The position numbers and the translations under genes were made by a program. DNA of 64,000 bases, from positions 101,866,001 to 101,930,000 of the forward strand of contig NC_082715.1 of assembly GCF_030144855.1 (NCBI RefSeq), written 5' to 3'. Below are positions 12,001-24,359 of this stretch, piece by piece. The number at the start of each line of letters is the position of its first letter. Positions within the stretch are counted from its first letter, which is position 1. The notes under the pieces were generated by a model. That model searched no databases. It was not told where the DNA came from and saw only the letters and a list, made by a program, of their open reading frames with translations. The DNA is from Hypanus sabinus (taxonomy: Eukaryota).

Positions 12001-13199
12001 GTGATTTGATTTCTGTGGATCATCAAAGCCTTGAATTTACAAGTGCTTTAGCATCACCAATATGCTATCAAATCTTTTTAACTCAAAACAATTTTGTCAT
12101 ATTAGGTCACTATCAAACTATAAGATAAACTGAGATTATAAACTCATTTTATGGTTTGCACAGTTCTTGATTATGCAGTTAGTCCTAGAATCTGGTCAGA
12201 TATTCACTTTCACTCATTGCAGTTCAGATCCTAGGGACCACATGGAATGTGACCTAAATAATAATCCAGTGAATTTTAATTTAAAATGGCTAGAATTAGA
12301 TGGTTTATAATGTGAGTGAGGCAGAACTGATATGTTGTTTCTAACAATTAAAACATGATATGACTATAATTAAATATAACAATCTCTTGCACTTTTAAAT
12401 ATGCTGTCTTCCTTTCCAAAAACAACTTTGAACTTAATCTATTTAGATCATTACCTAAATGTCCTTGTTATACAGGACTCAAGGAAAAAACAGATAAGAT
12501 TAACTTTCCATTATCATCCCCAGAAAATCAACTAGGTGTTATCTGTCTATTAAGAAAAACATTTATTTTATAAGCATTTAATTATTTCAGTAGCATATTT
12601 AAACTCAGCAGCAGATGTTTATCCTAACTTTCAAAAAGAATGCTGCTTTGCAACAAATTAGCTAATGACATTTCCTTTTACGGTACTCTGTTGCTTTCAG
12701 TGGTGCAGCAAGTTAGATGGAGTGGAGATGCTTCGTCCGTTCTTTGATATCCTCAGTGTGTCATTGACAACACTTAATCAAGGAATTATTTGGAGGCAGA
12801 AGGGGTAGAGTATATGACTGAACTTGCACTGAATAGATACTTGAACAGCAAACAAAGTGAATGTATTCCAAACACAAACAAGAGGAAACCTGGAGATGCT
12901 GGAAATCCAAGTAACACACACAAAATGAAGATGAACTCAGCAGGCCAGGCTTTTTTTAATATAGATGCTGCCTGGCCTGCTGAGTTCCTCCAGCATTTTG
13001 TGTGTGTTATTTGAATGTATTCTGAATGCCGAGTCTAGCTCATGGCAATTTCTTCCCATGAGTCTTCAGGATAGATTTAAATGGTGAGTAGTTACATAAA
13101 AATTATGCGCATTAAATCAATCACATTTACAGTGTAGTTATTTTCCAGATTGGTGATTTCCTAAATAATCATCTTTGGTCTGGTTGTGTGAAGTATAAT

Positions 13200-13800
13200 A
13201 ACCAAGTAGCTTCCTGTTGCCTTTCACTTTAATTCTCCATCCCATGTCCATTCTGATCCATCGGACTGTGGTCTTCTGCAGTGTTACCATGAGGCCCAAC
13301 GCAAGCTTGAGGAACTCTTTCATCCTCATCAAGGCATGTTGCAGCTTTCTGAACTCAATAATTTAGGTTACTTGATTCATCTGTATCAGTTGTCCATCTA
13401 AGATATTGGCTTAGCTTGTTCTTTCCCCCCTCCCCCAAGCCCCGTGAAAGCGAAGGAGGACATGGCTAGCCTAAATCTGCTGATCTTGCCTTCATGCTCT
13501 GTACTTCAACACCTAGGATGTATTTTTCATTTCTGTTTGCACTTTACACCTACTTCCCACTCATTCATTGGCAAGATAGCCTTGTTGACAATATCACCAT
13601 GGTAACCTCAGCTTTACCTTAACAGAGACATCTACCCTCTCTTGGTACAATAAATTTCTTGCCACTCCTTCCCAATTCTGACAAAGGGTCTTCAATCTGA
13701 ACATTAACCCTGCTTCTCTTTGAATGGGTGCAAACACTCTGCAGAGTAAATCCACAATTTTGTTTTTACTTTAGATTTCAAGCATCTGTAGTTTGTTTTA
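13200..13800 (+). mobile_element. Older Penelope-like 3' fragment
   Basis: Peptide remnant LPVAFHFNSPSH..CGLLQCYHEAQRKLEE (GIY-YIG C-terminal region) followed by a degenerate 3' repeat at ~13675-13790. Confidence 0.6.
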
Positions 13801-13976
13801 ATTTTCATATCATTACATGTTGCCATTCTCAAAGTATGGGAAGTTTTCAACAAGATAATTGTAACTTTCACCATTAATTCAAACTTAAGGGAATGTTCTA
13901 AAACAAACTTATTTAAAAATACACCAATGTGATTTTGCTAGCCTAATAGCTATAATAGTTAAGAAATAGAACTTAC

Positions 13977-14091
13977 TGAGATAAAGATGTTTAATAGATT
14001 CTCTAAGGTTGGAAGCTGAGGAATCAGTTTCTGCACCACTTTGCTAAATGCTTCAAATATTGAATGGTCATAAATACTTGTCAAATAGAAA
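13977..14091 (-). CDS. RRAGD: RRAGD exon 4 ([39 protein letters not shown])
   Basis: Hand translation; not in the ORF track. cccacag| acceptor, TCA|gtaagt donor, 115 nt, phases consistent with neighbours. Confidence 0.96.
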
Positions 14092-14799
14092 CTGTGGGAA
14101 ATAAAAGAACTACTGTTAATAACTAGATATTGTTAACCTCTTTAAAAAGTATAAATTATGCAAAATGCAGAGAAAAAAATCAACTCTATTATGAACAAAT
14201 CTTCTAGATTATCATGGGAACATCAAGATAATTTCTTCTACTGCACTCAACTCTAAAGCCATTCTTCAGAGCCCACTGTCAATCTGAAGCAGTATCATCA
14301 TTGATAATCTTCTTAACACCAAAAACCATAATGGGATCAAAGCAAATGGTTTCTTACACAAGGTTGTTCGAGAAATATTCCTTAGATTTTTATATTTCCC
14401 TCACATCATTACTCATTGTAATGTTAGACCTGATAATTGAGGGTTATAGAGAGCATGTTAGTATCTTAATCTTAATTTACAAATCCTTTCCACGGATTTA
14501 TCATTTAAGACAGGTATATTACACAGCATCAGGTGGAAATTTCAATTGTCTCATTTCCCTTTCCCAGCTTAAAAAATTTCATTGAAATACATCTTCCAGT
14601 TTTATTTCACTTATTGCTTCACATGCATTTTTATATGCCTGCAGGCATAGTTGTCAATTTTTTTGCACTTGTTGTAGGATGGAGTTCTCATTTAAGCCCA
14701 GCTCTAGTGGATCTTACAGGGTCAGGGGGACAGGAATATGTTTGGTGAGATGGTATTCCCACTGAAAATGAATCATATGCCTCTGCTGGTGAGAGCATA

Positions 14800-15905
14800 G
14801 ACCATATAAAATCATGGGGACAGAATTAGGCTATTTGCCATTCAAATTCCACTATTATCCTTCTCAACACCATTTTCTTGTCTTCTCCCCATAATCTTTG
14901 ATACCCTAATTCATCAGAACCTATCAACCTCTGCTTTAAATATACCCAATGACTTGGCTTCCACAGATTTCTGTGGCTAAAAAAGTTCCTCCTCATCTCT
15001 GTTCTACATGGTCATCCCTCTATTCGGAGGCTGTACCCTCTGGTACTAGTGTCCCCAAATATAGGAAACATCCTCTCCATAGGCCTTTCAATATTTGATA
15101 AATTTCAATGAGATCCCACCCCGATTCTTCTAAACTCCAATGAGCACAGGCCCAGAGCTCCTCATACATTAAACTTTTCATTTTCAGATTCAATCTCATG
15201 AACCTCCTCTAGACCCTCTCCAATGCCAGCACATACTTACTTAGATAAGGGGCCCCAAAATGCTCACAATACTTAAAGTGCAATCTGACCAATGTCTTAT
15301 TAAAATCTCAGCATTACATCCTTGCTCTTATATTCTAGTCCTCTTGAAATGAATGCTAACATTGCATTTACCTTCCTTACCACCAACTCAACCTGCAAGC
15401 TAACCTGTAAGGGATCCCGCACAAGGACCTGTTGATTTCTGAATTTTCTCCCTGTTCAGAAAATTGTCTACACCTTTATTTCTTCTACCAAAGTGCATGA
15501 CCATACACTTCACTACATGATATTCCATCTGCCGCTTCTTTGACCATTCTCCTAATCTGTCCAAGTCCTTCTGCATCCTCAACATACATGTCCCTCCACC
15601 TATCCAGGTATTGTCCACAAACTTGGCCACAAAGCCATAAATTGTGTGATCCAAATCACTGACATACAGCATGAAAAGAAGTGGCCCCAACACTGACCCT
15701 TGCAGCATGCCACTAGTCACCGGCAGCCAACCAGAAAAGTCCCCTTATATTCCCACTCATTCCCTCCTGCTGTCAGCCAATCTTTTATCTTTCCTTTAAT
15801 ACAATGGGCTCTATCTTGTTTAGTAATCTCACGTGTGGCACCTTGTCAAAGGCCTTTTGAAAAACCAAGTAAATAGCATCCAATTACTCTCCTTTGTCTA
15901 TTGTG
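14800..15905 (-). mobile_element. CR1 LINE 3' remnant
   Basis: ORF 15400-15720 (SGMLQGSVLGPLLF, KFVDNT). Confidence 0.9.
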
Positions 15906-16253
15906 TCTGTTATTTGCCTGAGAGGGATAGAAGACAGACATTTTGTTTCCTGTTTTGTTTTGGTACTGCAAGCCAAATGGTAAACATTTTTAGCCTGGTT
16001 GAACTCTCAAGGAAATCCTCTTATATCCAATGAATTGGTAAAATAACACTTCAGCAATGTTCTCCTTCCATTTGAAACCTTTAGTTCCAGAATGACATTT
16101 TGTGTATTGTAAGCTTCTGGCATTTCAGCATGACACAAATATAATTCAGAACTAGGAAGTTATGCTCTCCAATCAATAGTTTAGCATTGCCTGCCTTAAC
16201 ATGATTCATCTATGAAAAGACCCATGCTCCAATTCTGTGCAATAATCCTCTGC

Positions 16254-17520
16254 AACACACACAAAATACTGGAGGAACTCAGCAGGCCAAGCAGCATCCA
16301 TGGAAAAGAGTAAATGTTTCGTGCTGAGACCCTTCATCAGGACTGGAGAAAAGAAGATGAGGAGTCAGAGGAACAGGGTGGTGGGAGGGGAGGAAGAAAC
16401 ACAAGGTGATGGGTGAAACTGGGAGGGGGAGAGGGATGAAGTAAAGAGCTGGGAAGTTGATTGGTGAAAGAGATACAGAGCAGGAGAAAAAGGGGTCTGA
16501 CAGGAAAGGACAGAAGGCCATGGAAGAGAGAAAAGGGAGAGGAGCACGAGAGGGAGGTGATGGGCAGGGAAGAAGATAAGGTGAGAGAGACAGAAATTGG
16601 AATGGGGGATGGTGAGGTAGGGGGGTGTGGGTTAGTCATTACCAGAAGTTCGAGACATTGATGTTCATGCCATCAGGTTGGAGTCTACCCAGATGGAATA
16701 TAAGGTGTTGTTCCTCCAACCTGAGTGTATCCTCATTGTGACAGTAGAGAAGACCATGGACTGACATGTCAGAATGGAAATGGGAAATAGAATTAAAATG
16801 GGTGGGAGGTCCCGCTTTTTCTGACAGATGGAGTGTAGGTGCTCGGCAAAGAGGTCTCCCAATCTACTTCAGGTCTCACCAATATACTGGAGGTCATACC
16901 AGGAGCACCTGATACAGTAGATGACTCCAACAGACTCACAGGTGAAGTGTCATCTCACCTGGAAGGACTGTTTGGGGCTCTGAATGGTAGTGAGGGAGGA
17001 GGGGCAAGTGTAGTACTTGTTCCACATGCAAGGATAAGTGTCAGAAGGGAGATCAGTGGGGAGGGACAAATGGACAAGGCAGCTGCTTAGGGAGTGATCC
17101 CTGCAGAAAGCAAAAGAGTTGGGGAGGAAAAGATGTGCTTGGTGGTGGGATCCTGTTGTAGATGGGTGAAGTTACAGAGAATTATGTGCTGGACAAGGAG
17201 GATGATGGGGTGGTAAGTTAGGACAAGAGGAACCCTACCCTTGGTGGGACGATGGGAGGATGGGTTGAGGGCAGATGTGCGCGAAATGGAAGAGTTACGG
17301 TTGAGGGTGGTGTTGATGGTGGAGGAAGGAAAGCCCCTTTCTTCAAAGAAGAAGGACATCTCCTTAGTTCTGAAATGAAAAGCCTCACCTCAAGAGCAGA
17401 TGTAATGGAAACGGAGGAACTGAGAGAAGGGGATAGCATTCTTACAAGTGACGGAATGGTAGAGGAAGGGAAGCCCATTTCTTTGAAGAAGGAGAACATA
17501 TCCTTAGTGATGATAATGGT
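16254..17520 (-). mobile_element. 5'-truncated Penelope-like element (GIY-YIG endonuclease remnant + 3' repeat with hammerhead motif)
   Basis: Exact 13-bp TSD AATAATCCTCTGC (16241-16253 and 17521-17533). Translation remnants CSWYDLQYIGET*SRLGDLFAEHL and RVPLVLTYHP. Confidence 0.88.
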
Positions 17521-18003
17521 AATAATCCTCTGCTTTCTTTGACGGATCAGAAATGTGCATGTTTTAGTGAGGTAGAGAAAAGTTACAATTTCTTTTAATT
17601 TCAAGGAATTCATTCAATTATTCTCAAATGGCTTCTCATATGAAGAATTTTTTCTAGCATTTGAATAATGTTGTTTCCTGAATTTACCAACAAATGCAAT
17701 AGAGGAGCAATAGGCTCCTCTTATTAGAGTACAGCAAAAGCAACAAAAGTGGTTGACCTAAAATACTTACCCTTCTATTTTACACACATTTCAATAAACA
17801 CCCACATATAATCACTGAAAGTTTTACAATGCAAATCTGATTGAAAACTGATGTAGGATCTGAAATTGCACAATACATACATGATACAGAACTAGCTTAA
17901 ATCAGTACTTACACACAAGATACATTTTGCATTACCAAGGTTTCATTGCCAGACTAGAGGCATTCAGTGCATAGCAAGAATTATACTTTCAAGGGATTCT
18001 CAC

Positions 18004-18203
18004 CTGAGATGAATTTTTTCCAAACCAGCATCTGCAAGGTCGTCATTTGCTCGTTGATGGATATCTCTTTGTGTTTCTATCTTATGGTCATCAGATAAAC
18101 CATCTACTTTATGAATGAAAACTTCAAAATTGATCTCTTTGTTCACTTTGTATGCCCTGGATACAGTAAGATGCAGTCTGGCCAAGGCTTCCATATAATC
18201 ATC
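18004..18203 (-). CDS. RRAGD: RRAGD exon 3 ([14 protein letters not shown]...HKVD...LEKIHL)
   Basis: ttcag| acceptor, CAG|gtgaga donor, 200 nt; G4 motif HKVD. Confidence 0.97.
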
Positions 18204-18311
18204 CTGAATTTCATCAAAAGAAAAAAATTATATTTCAGAATGTGTATTTAAGGATAAAACAGAATTACTACAGTAGGCCAATTTCCTCCTCATCTGGATG
18301 TTTGTATAAAA

Positions 18312-19937
18312 TTCAAAGTACGTTTGTTATCAAAGTACATACATGTCACCATATACAACCCTGAGATTCATTTTCTTGTAGGTATTCACAGTATGTATTA
18401 GAAACAAAACACAATCAATAAAATACAGCATCCAAAAGGATAGACAAACAACCAGTGTACAAAAGACAACTGTGCAAATATTAAAAAAAATAATAAGAAG
18501 AAAACAATAAATATCGAGAACGAGATGAAGGATCCTTGAAAGTGAGTCCATAGGTTCTGGGAAGAGTTCAGCAATGGGGTGTGTCATGTTGAGTGAAGTT
18601 ATCTCCTCTGGTTCATAAGCCTGATGGTTGAGGGATAGTACTTGTTCCTGAACCTGGTGAGGTGGGTGCCAAGGCTCTTGTACCTTTTTTCTGGTGACTG
18701 CAACGAGAAGAGAGCTTGGTCTGGATGGTGAGGGTCCTAGATAATGGATGCTGCTTTCCTGTGATAGTGCTGTGTGTAGATATGCTCAATGGTGGGGTGG
18801 GCTTTACCTATGATGGACTGGCTGTATCCACTACCTTTTGTCAGCTTTTCTGTACAAGGGCACTGGTGTTTCCATACCAGGCTGTGATACAACCAGTCAA
18901 TATACTCTCCACCACACATCTATAGAGATTTGTCAAAATTTAAGGTGTCATGCCAAATATTCGCAAACTTATGAGTTAAGATCTCCCCCATCTCTTGGCT
19001 CCAAGCACAGAATACCACTCAGATCTTTCAGAGGACCATTTTGACCCTTGCTATCCTTTTTCTCTTAGTCTCATATGTCACAGTCACATATATACAGATT
19101 GGGTGCCTGAGACATTGACACAGTATTGTATATTCTAAATGTTTACCAATATTAACAAAAGCTGATCTCACAGATATTGCTATTCCAAGGAAAAATAGAG
19201 GATGGAGATGGATGTTTTTCCACCATGTGCTTCAAATCAAATCAAAATTAATCTACACAGAAAATTATATTTTAAAAAAACAGCTTACAGAGCTTACAAT
19301 ACTGTGCAAAAGTCTTAGGCACACACCCATATTTCAAGAGTGTGCAATACCTGATCTCCTATTAGGGAATGAGACAGGGCAAGTGACAGAAGTTTGTGCA
19401 AGGATTTTGATGGTAATAGCAAGTGTGGATTGGGACAGATTGTTTTCTGGCTAAGGTGTTCTTGGAAAGTGAGATGTTGAGAATACAGAGTTTGTATGTT
19501 ACTGGAAGATTAAAAGGTGAGAATAATAAGCTTAAGGATCTTGATTTTTGAGAGATATTGAATCTCTGGTTAAGTAAGGAGATACATAGCAGGTATAGGC
19601 AGGTAGGAACAATGTACATGTGTGTCACCATATACAGCCCTGAGATCCATTTTCTTGTGGACATATGCAATAAATAATAATAATGAGACAGCATCAACTT
19701 GGGCGTTCAGCCTATGTGCAAAAGCCAACAAACTGTGCAAATACAAAAGAAAGAAAGAATAATACTTAATAAATAAGCAATAAATATTGAGAACATGAGA
19801 TGAAGAGAACTTGAAAGTTAGTCCATAGGTTGTGGGAACATTTCGATGGGGCAACTGAACTTGAGAAAAGTTATCCCCTTTCATTCAAGAGCTAATGGTT
19901 GAGGGGTAATAACTGTTTCTGAACCTGCTGGTGAGGC
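18312..19937 (-). mobile_element. Two Rex1-like 3' fragments (~18312-18968, ~19610-19937) with interleaved CR1 pieces
   Basis: Shared 3' end tgtcaccatatacaaccctgagattcattttcttg; peptide remnant KAHPTIEHIYTQHYHRKAASII. Confidence 0.8.
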
Positions 19938-19939
19938 TT

Positions 19940-21790
19940 ACTCACACCAAGTGAGGTACTTGAGGAGTATAAGAAATTGAAGAGAACAGTTAAGAAGGAA
20001 ATCAGGGAGGATAAAAGAAGGCATGAGGTTGCAGACAAGGTGAAGGGGAATCCAAAGAGCTTCTGTGTTAAGAGCAAAAGGACAGCAAGGGACAAAATGG
20101 TCCTCTGAAAGATCAGAGTGGTAATCTACACGTGGAGCCAAGAGATGGAGGAGATCTTAAATGGATTTTTTGCATCTGTATTTACTCAGGAGATGGACAG
20201 ACAGTCTACAGAAGTGAGGCAATGCAGCAGCGAGGTCATTGGCCCTATACAGTGGAGGAGGTGCTTGATGTCTTGAGGCAAATTGTGTGTAAAAATGCCC
20301 AGGTCTTGACCAGATGTTTCCTTGGATATCGTGGGAGGCTGGTGCAGAAATTGCTAAGATTTTAGTAGAGATAGTTAAAAAAAAATCTGAGCCACGGATG
20401 AGGTGCCAGAGGTTTGGAGAATGGCTAATGTACCATTGTTTAAGGCTCTAAGAGTAAGCCAGCCTAGTGAGCCTGCCATCAGTAGTGGGAAAGTTATTGG
20501 AAGGTATTCTAAGGGACCGGATATATAAGTATTTGGATAGACAAGAAATGATTAGGGATAGTCAACATGGCTTTGTGTATGATAGGCCATGTCTAAACAA
20601 TGTTAGAGAGTTTTTCGAGGAAGTTACCAGGAAAGTTGATGAAAGCAAGACTTCGGATGTTGTCTACGTGGAATTTAGCAAGGCCTTTGACAAGGTCCTG
20701 AATGAGAAGTTGGTCAATAAGGTTCAGTTGCTTGGAATTCAAGATGAGCTGGTAATTTAGATGAGAAATTGGCTTTGCAGCACAAGCCAGAGAGTGGTAG
20801 TAGATGGTTGCCTCTCTGACTAGAGGCCTGTGACTAGTGGTGTGGCACAGGGGTCAGTGCTGGGTCCATTGTTGTTTGCCAACTATATCAATGATCTGTA
20901 TGATGATTGGAAAACTAAATCAGCAAATTTATGGATGACACCAAGATTGAAGGGTGTAGTGAACAGCGAGAAAGACTACCAAAGCTTGCAGCAGGATGTG
21001 GACCACCTAGAAAACTGGGCCGAAAAATATCAGATGGAATTTCATGCAGACAAATGTGAGGTACTGCACTTCAGTAGGACCAACCAGGGTAGGTCTTATC
21101 CAGTAAGCGGTAAGGCACTGAGGAGTACGGTAGAACAAAGTGATCTGGAAATACAGATCCATAATTAAAGTAAATAGGTAGATAGAGTCATAAAGAAAGC
21201 TGTTGGCACATTGGCCATTCATAAATCAATGAAGTTGTTATGTTATGTTCAAGTTGTACGGTGAGTCATAATTTGGAGTATTGTATCAAACTTTGGTCAC
21301 CTACCTGCAGGAAAGATGTAAATAAGATTGAAAGAATGCAGAGAAATTTTACTTGAATGTTGCTGGGTCAAGACAACCTAAGTTATCGGGAAAGGTTGAA
21401 TAGGTTAGGACTTTATTTCCTAGATTGAGGGGAGATTTGATAGAGGTATATAAAATTATGAGGGGTATAGATAGGGTATATGCAAGCAGGCTTTTTCCAC
21501 TGAGTTTGGGTGAGACTACAACAGGAGGTCATGGGTTAAGGGTGAAAGGTGAAACATTTAAGGGGAACCTTTTCACTCTAAGGGTGGTGAACTGTTAACA
21601 CTAATGTTGGATGCAGGGTTGATTTCAACATTTAAAGAGAAATTTGGATAGGTACATGGATACCATAGGTATGGAAGGCTACGGTCCGTGTGCAGGTCGA
21701 TGGGACCAGGCAGATTAATGGTTCTGCCCAGACTAGGTGGGCAAAAAGGGGTCTGTTTCTGTGTTGTCATGTTCTTTGACTCTAGGACTC
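19940..21790 (+). mobile_element. CR1 LINE ORF2 (RT) remnant with 3' end
   Basis: SLPSVVGKLLE, QHGFV, FSKAFDKV, GVAQGSVLGPLLF; ends in a gactct repeat tail. Confidence 0.92.
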
Positions 21791-22144
21791 TGTGAAAGAC
21801 TTTAGCTCTGATGATGATTTGGGTGTTCAATTACACAGACAATATTTTCAGTGAAGGAATGTTTTATGAATGTAAAGCAAGTTGATAATTTATTAGAAAG
21901 ATATAAAACCTAATATCTTAAGCAATTAGCAACAAGATTAGTAGATCTCAAAGGTGAAAAAAATAATGAATTGTGACTAGAGGTGGAAAACACAGAAAGG
22001 AACACATTTGTCATTTGATCACAGATAGTCAAAAGGAAACTCATGTGAGGTATACTTTTTCATTGTTCCATAGAAATGCCGTCATCTCAGCTCAAAATCA
22101 TCCCCCATGAATCTAATCTGATTTAGAAACTGGTAACTATGACC

Positions 22145-23105
22145 AAATCTACTGAAATCCTTTTGAATATGCTCGACCCACTCCACTTGCTCTGTACTTT
22201 TGACTTTGAGACTAAGCACAGCTCCAATGCCATGTTCAAGTTTGCCGATGACACCACTGTTGCGGGCCAATTCAATGGTGGTGACGAATCAGCATGCAGA
22301 GGGACAGTGAGATTCTGGCGGAACGGTCCCATAGCAACAACCTCTCACTCAATGTCAGCAAAACCAAACAGCTGGTTATTGACTACAAGAGGAGAAAACC
22401 AGAGGTACATGAGCCAGTGTTCATCAGGGAATCAGCAGTGGAGAGAGTCAGGAACCTTAAATTCCTTGGTGTTATTCGGAGGATCTGTCCTTGATATAGT
22501 ATGTAACTACCATTACAAAGAAAGCACAGCAGCACCTCTACTTTCTTAGAAGTATCCACTGATTTGGCGTGTCATCTAAAACTTGACAAACTTCTATAGA
22601 TGCACAGTAGAGAGTATACTGATTGGTTGCATCACAGTCTAGTATAGGAACATCAGTACCCTTGAACCAAAAGAAGCAAAATGTAGTGGTGCAGCCCAAT
22701 CTATCACAGCTAAAGCCTTCCCCCACCATTAAGCACATTTACAAGGAGTGCTATTGCAGGAAAGCAGCATCAATCATCAAGGACCTCTCTTAAGTCCCAC
22801 ACCACCAGGTTTAGGAACAGTAATTATCCCTCAACCATCAGGCTCTTGAACCAGAAGGGATAACTTCAATCACTCCAACACAGAAGAGATTTAACAATAT
22901 ATGGACTCAATTTTAAAGAATAGTATTTTCGATATTTATTGCTTTTCCCCCTTTTTCTTTTTGTCCTTGCACAGTTTGTTATCTTACATATGGATTGTTT
23001 ATCTGTCTGTCAAGTACAGTGTCTCAAGGATTCTATTGTGTATCTTTGCACTTACTGTGAATGCCCGCAAGAAAATATATGTACTTTTATAATAAATTTA
23101 CTTTG
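22145..23105 (+). mobile_element. Rex1-like LINE 3' fragment
   Basis: KHSSNAMFKFADDTTVAG; NNLSLNVSKTKQLVIDY. Confidence 0.85.
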
Positions 23106-24063
23106 AACATTATTTAAGATATTGGAATGTCGTAAAATTGGATGAGCTAATATGATGTATTTGCACATCTTTTTGATCCGTTTGCAATGAAAAACACAGC
23201 CTTAATGAATACTTGGGCCACAGACTGCAATTTATGTTCTGCACCTTGCATGTGATTGATCCACTATGCTTCACTGCCATTGCTTGCAGCTGACACCTCT
23301 CCCAGGAGTTCCCATGTGTGCAAATGGTCCATGCAGTTCACAAGCCATTCAAGCAAAAGCAAATTTCCAATATGCCTGTGAAGTGTGTTTCAACGAAACT
23401 CACCAAAACAATCCCAGGCCAGGACTGAGAAAATGACTCAGGTCTATACATTACTTACCCTTTAACCATCCCCTTGGCCCCATGTGCCACCTAGGCACTA
23501 AGGGTTCAGATGACGACGAAACATCCCCTTGCATTTCCCCCAGCAGTAGTAGAAAAAAAATACACCACCATTTCCAAGGTTTTGACCCTCAATTCCCTCC
23601 ACCCCTTAATTTCTCGAATTGACCAGTTACTTTATCCGTTCCAATCTGCAAATCAAACCACAAAATCCCAAACTGCAATCCTAATATCCCAAACCAATTC
23701 TGACTTCCCAACCATCAAATGCAGCACCCATTTTGACTGTTGATGCAGGACTCTGTGTTTGACCAACAAACAACCCAACCAAAAGCACTACCGACTGTTA
23801 CCTCTCTCCTGCAATCCTGGCAGCTGATCTTCATCACAAGCCATCCCTTCCCCATGCCCTCTCCAATTCTAGATATCCTAGGCAGAATCACAAAGAAACA
23901 CTCATTTGTAATTTCCCAGCATCTGATACATTTGAAGTTTGCTGCACTGTTGCACTGCAATTGCTTAATGTACCTTTTTCCTGACCCCAACAATTCTCAG
24001 CAGGAATATGTAAATTAGCACAAAATCACATACGATATTGGCATCAAGATCAGGGTATTTTAC

Positions 24064-24359
24064 CTGTGAGTCAATCACAAATATCAAGGCCCCTGTTCCT
24101 CGGAAGATCATCTCATAATCAAAAGTTGGGTCAAAGAAGTCAATCTGCCCAGGGAAATCCCAGATTTGAAAACTGACAAAAGAGCTATTGGAGATATCAT
24201 CACGGCAGATTTTGTTGGTACTTTCTAAGAAGAGTGTCTCGTTAGGTGACATTTTGTGAAAGACCACTTTCTGAATGGAAGATTTGCCACTTCTTCTCAA
24301 TCCCATGAGGAGGATCCTAGGTTTGACCTCCATGCAGTAGTCATCATTGAAGTTCAAAA
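24064..24359 (-). CDS. RRAGD: RRAGD exon 2 (G domain: [16 protein letters not shown]...[10 protein letters not shown]...VIDSQ)
   Basis: ttttcag| acceptor, CAG|gtaaaa donor, 296 nt. Contains the P-loop and WDFPGQ motifs; NKICR, GQIDFF and VIDSQ favour RagD over RagC. Confidence 0.97.

Noticed and set aside
16279-16661. Overlapping Pro/Ser/Leu-rich ORFs
   Set aside because: By-products of the CT-rich 3' region of the Penelope-like element.
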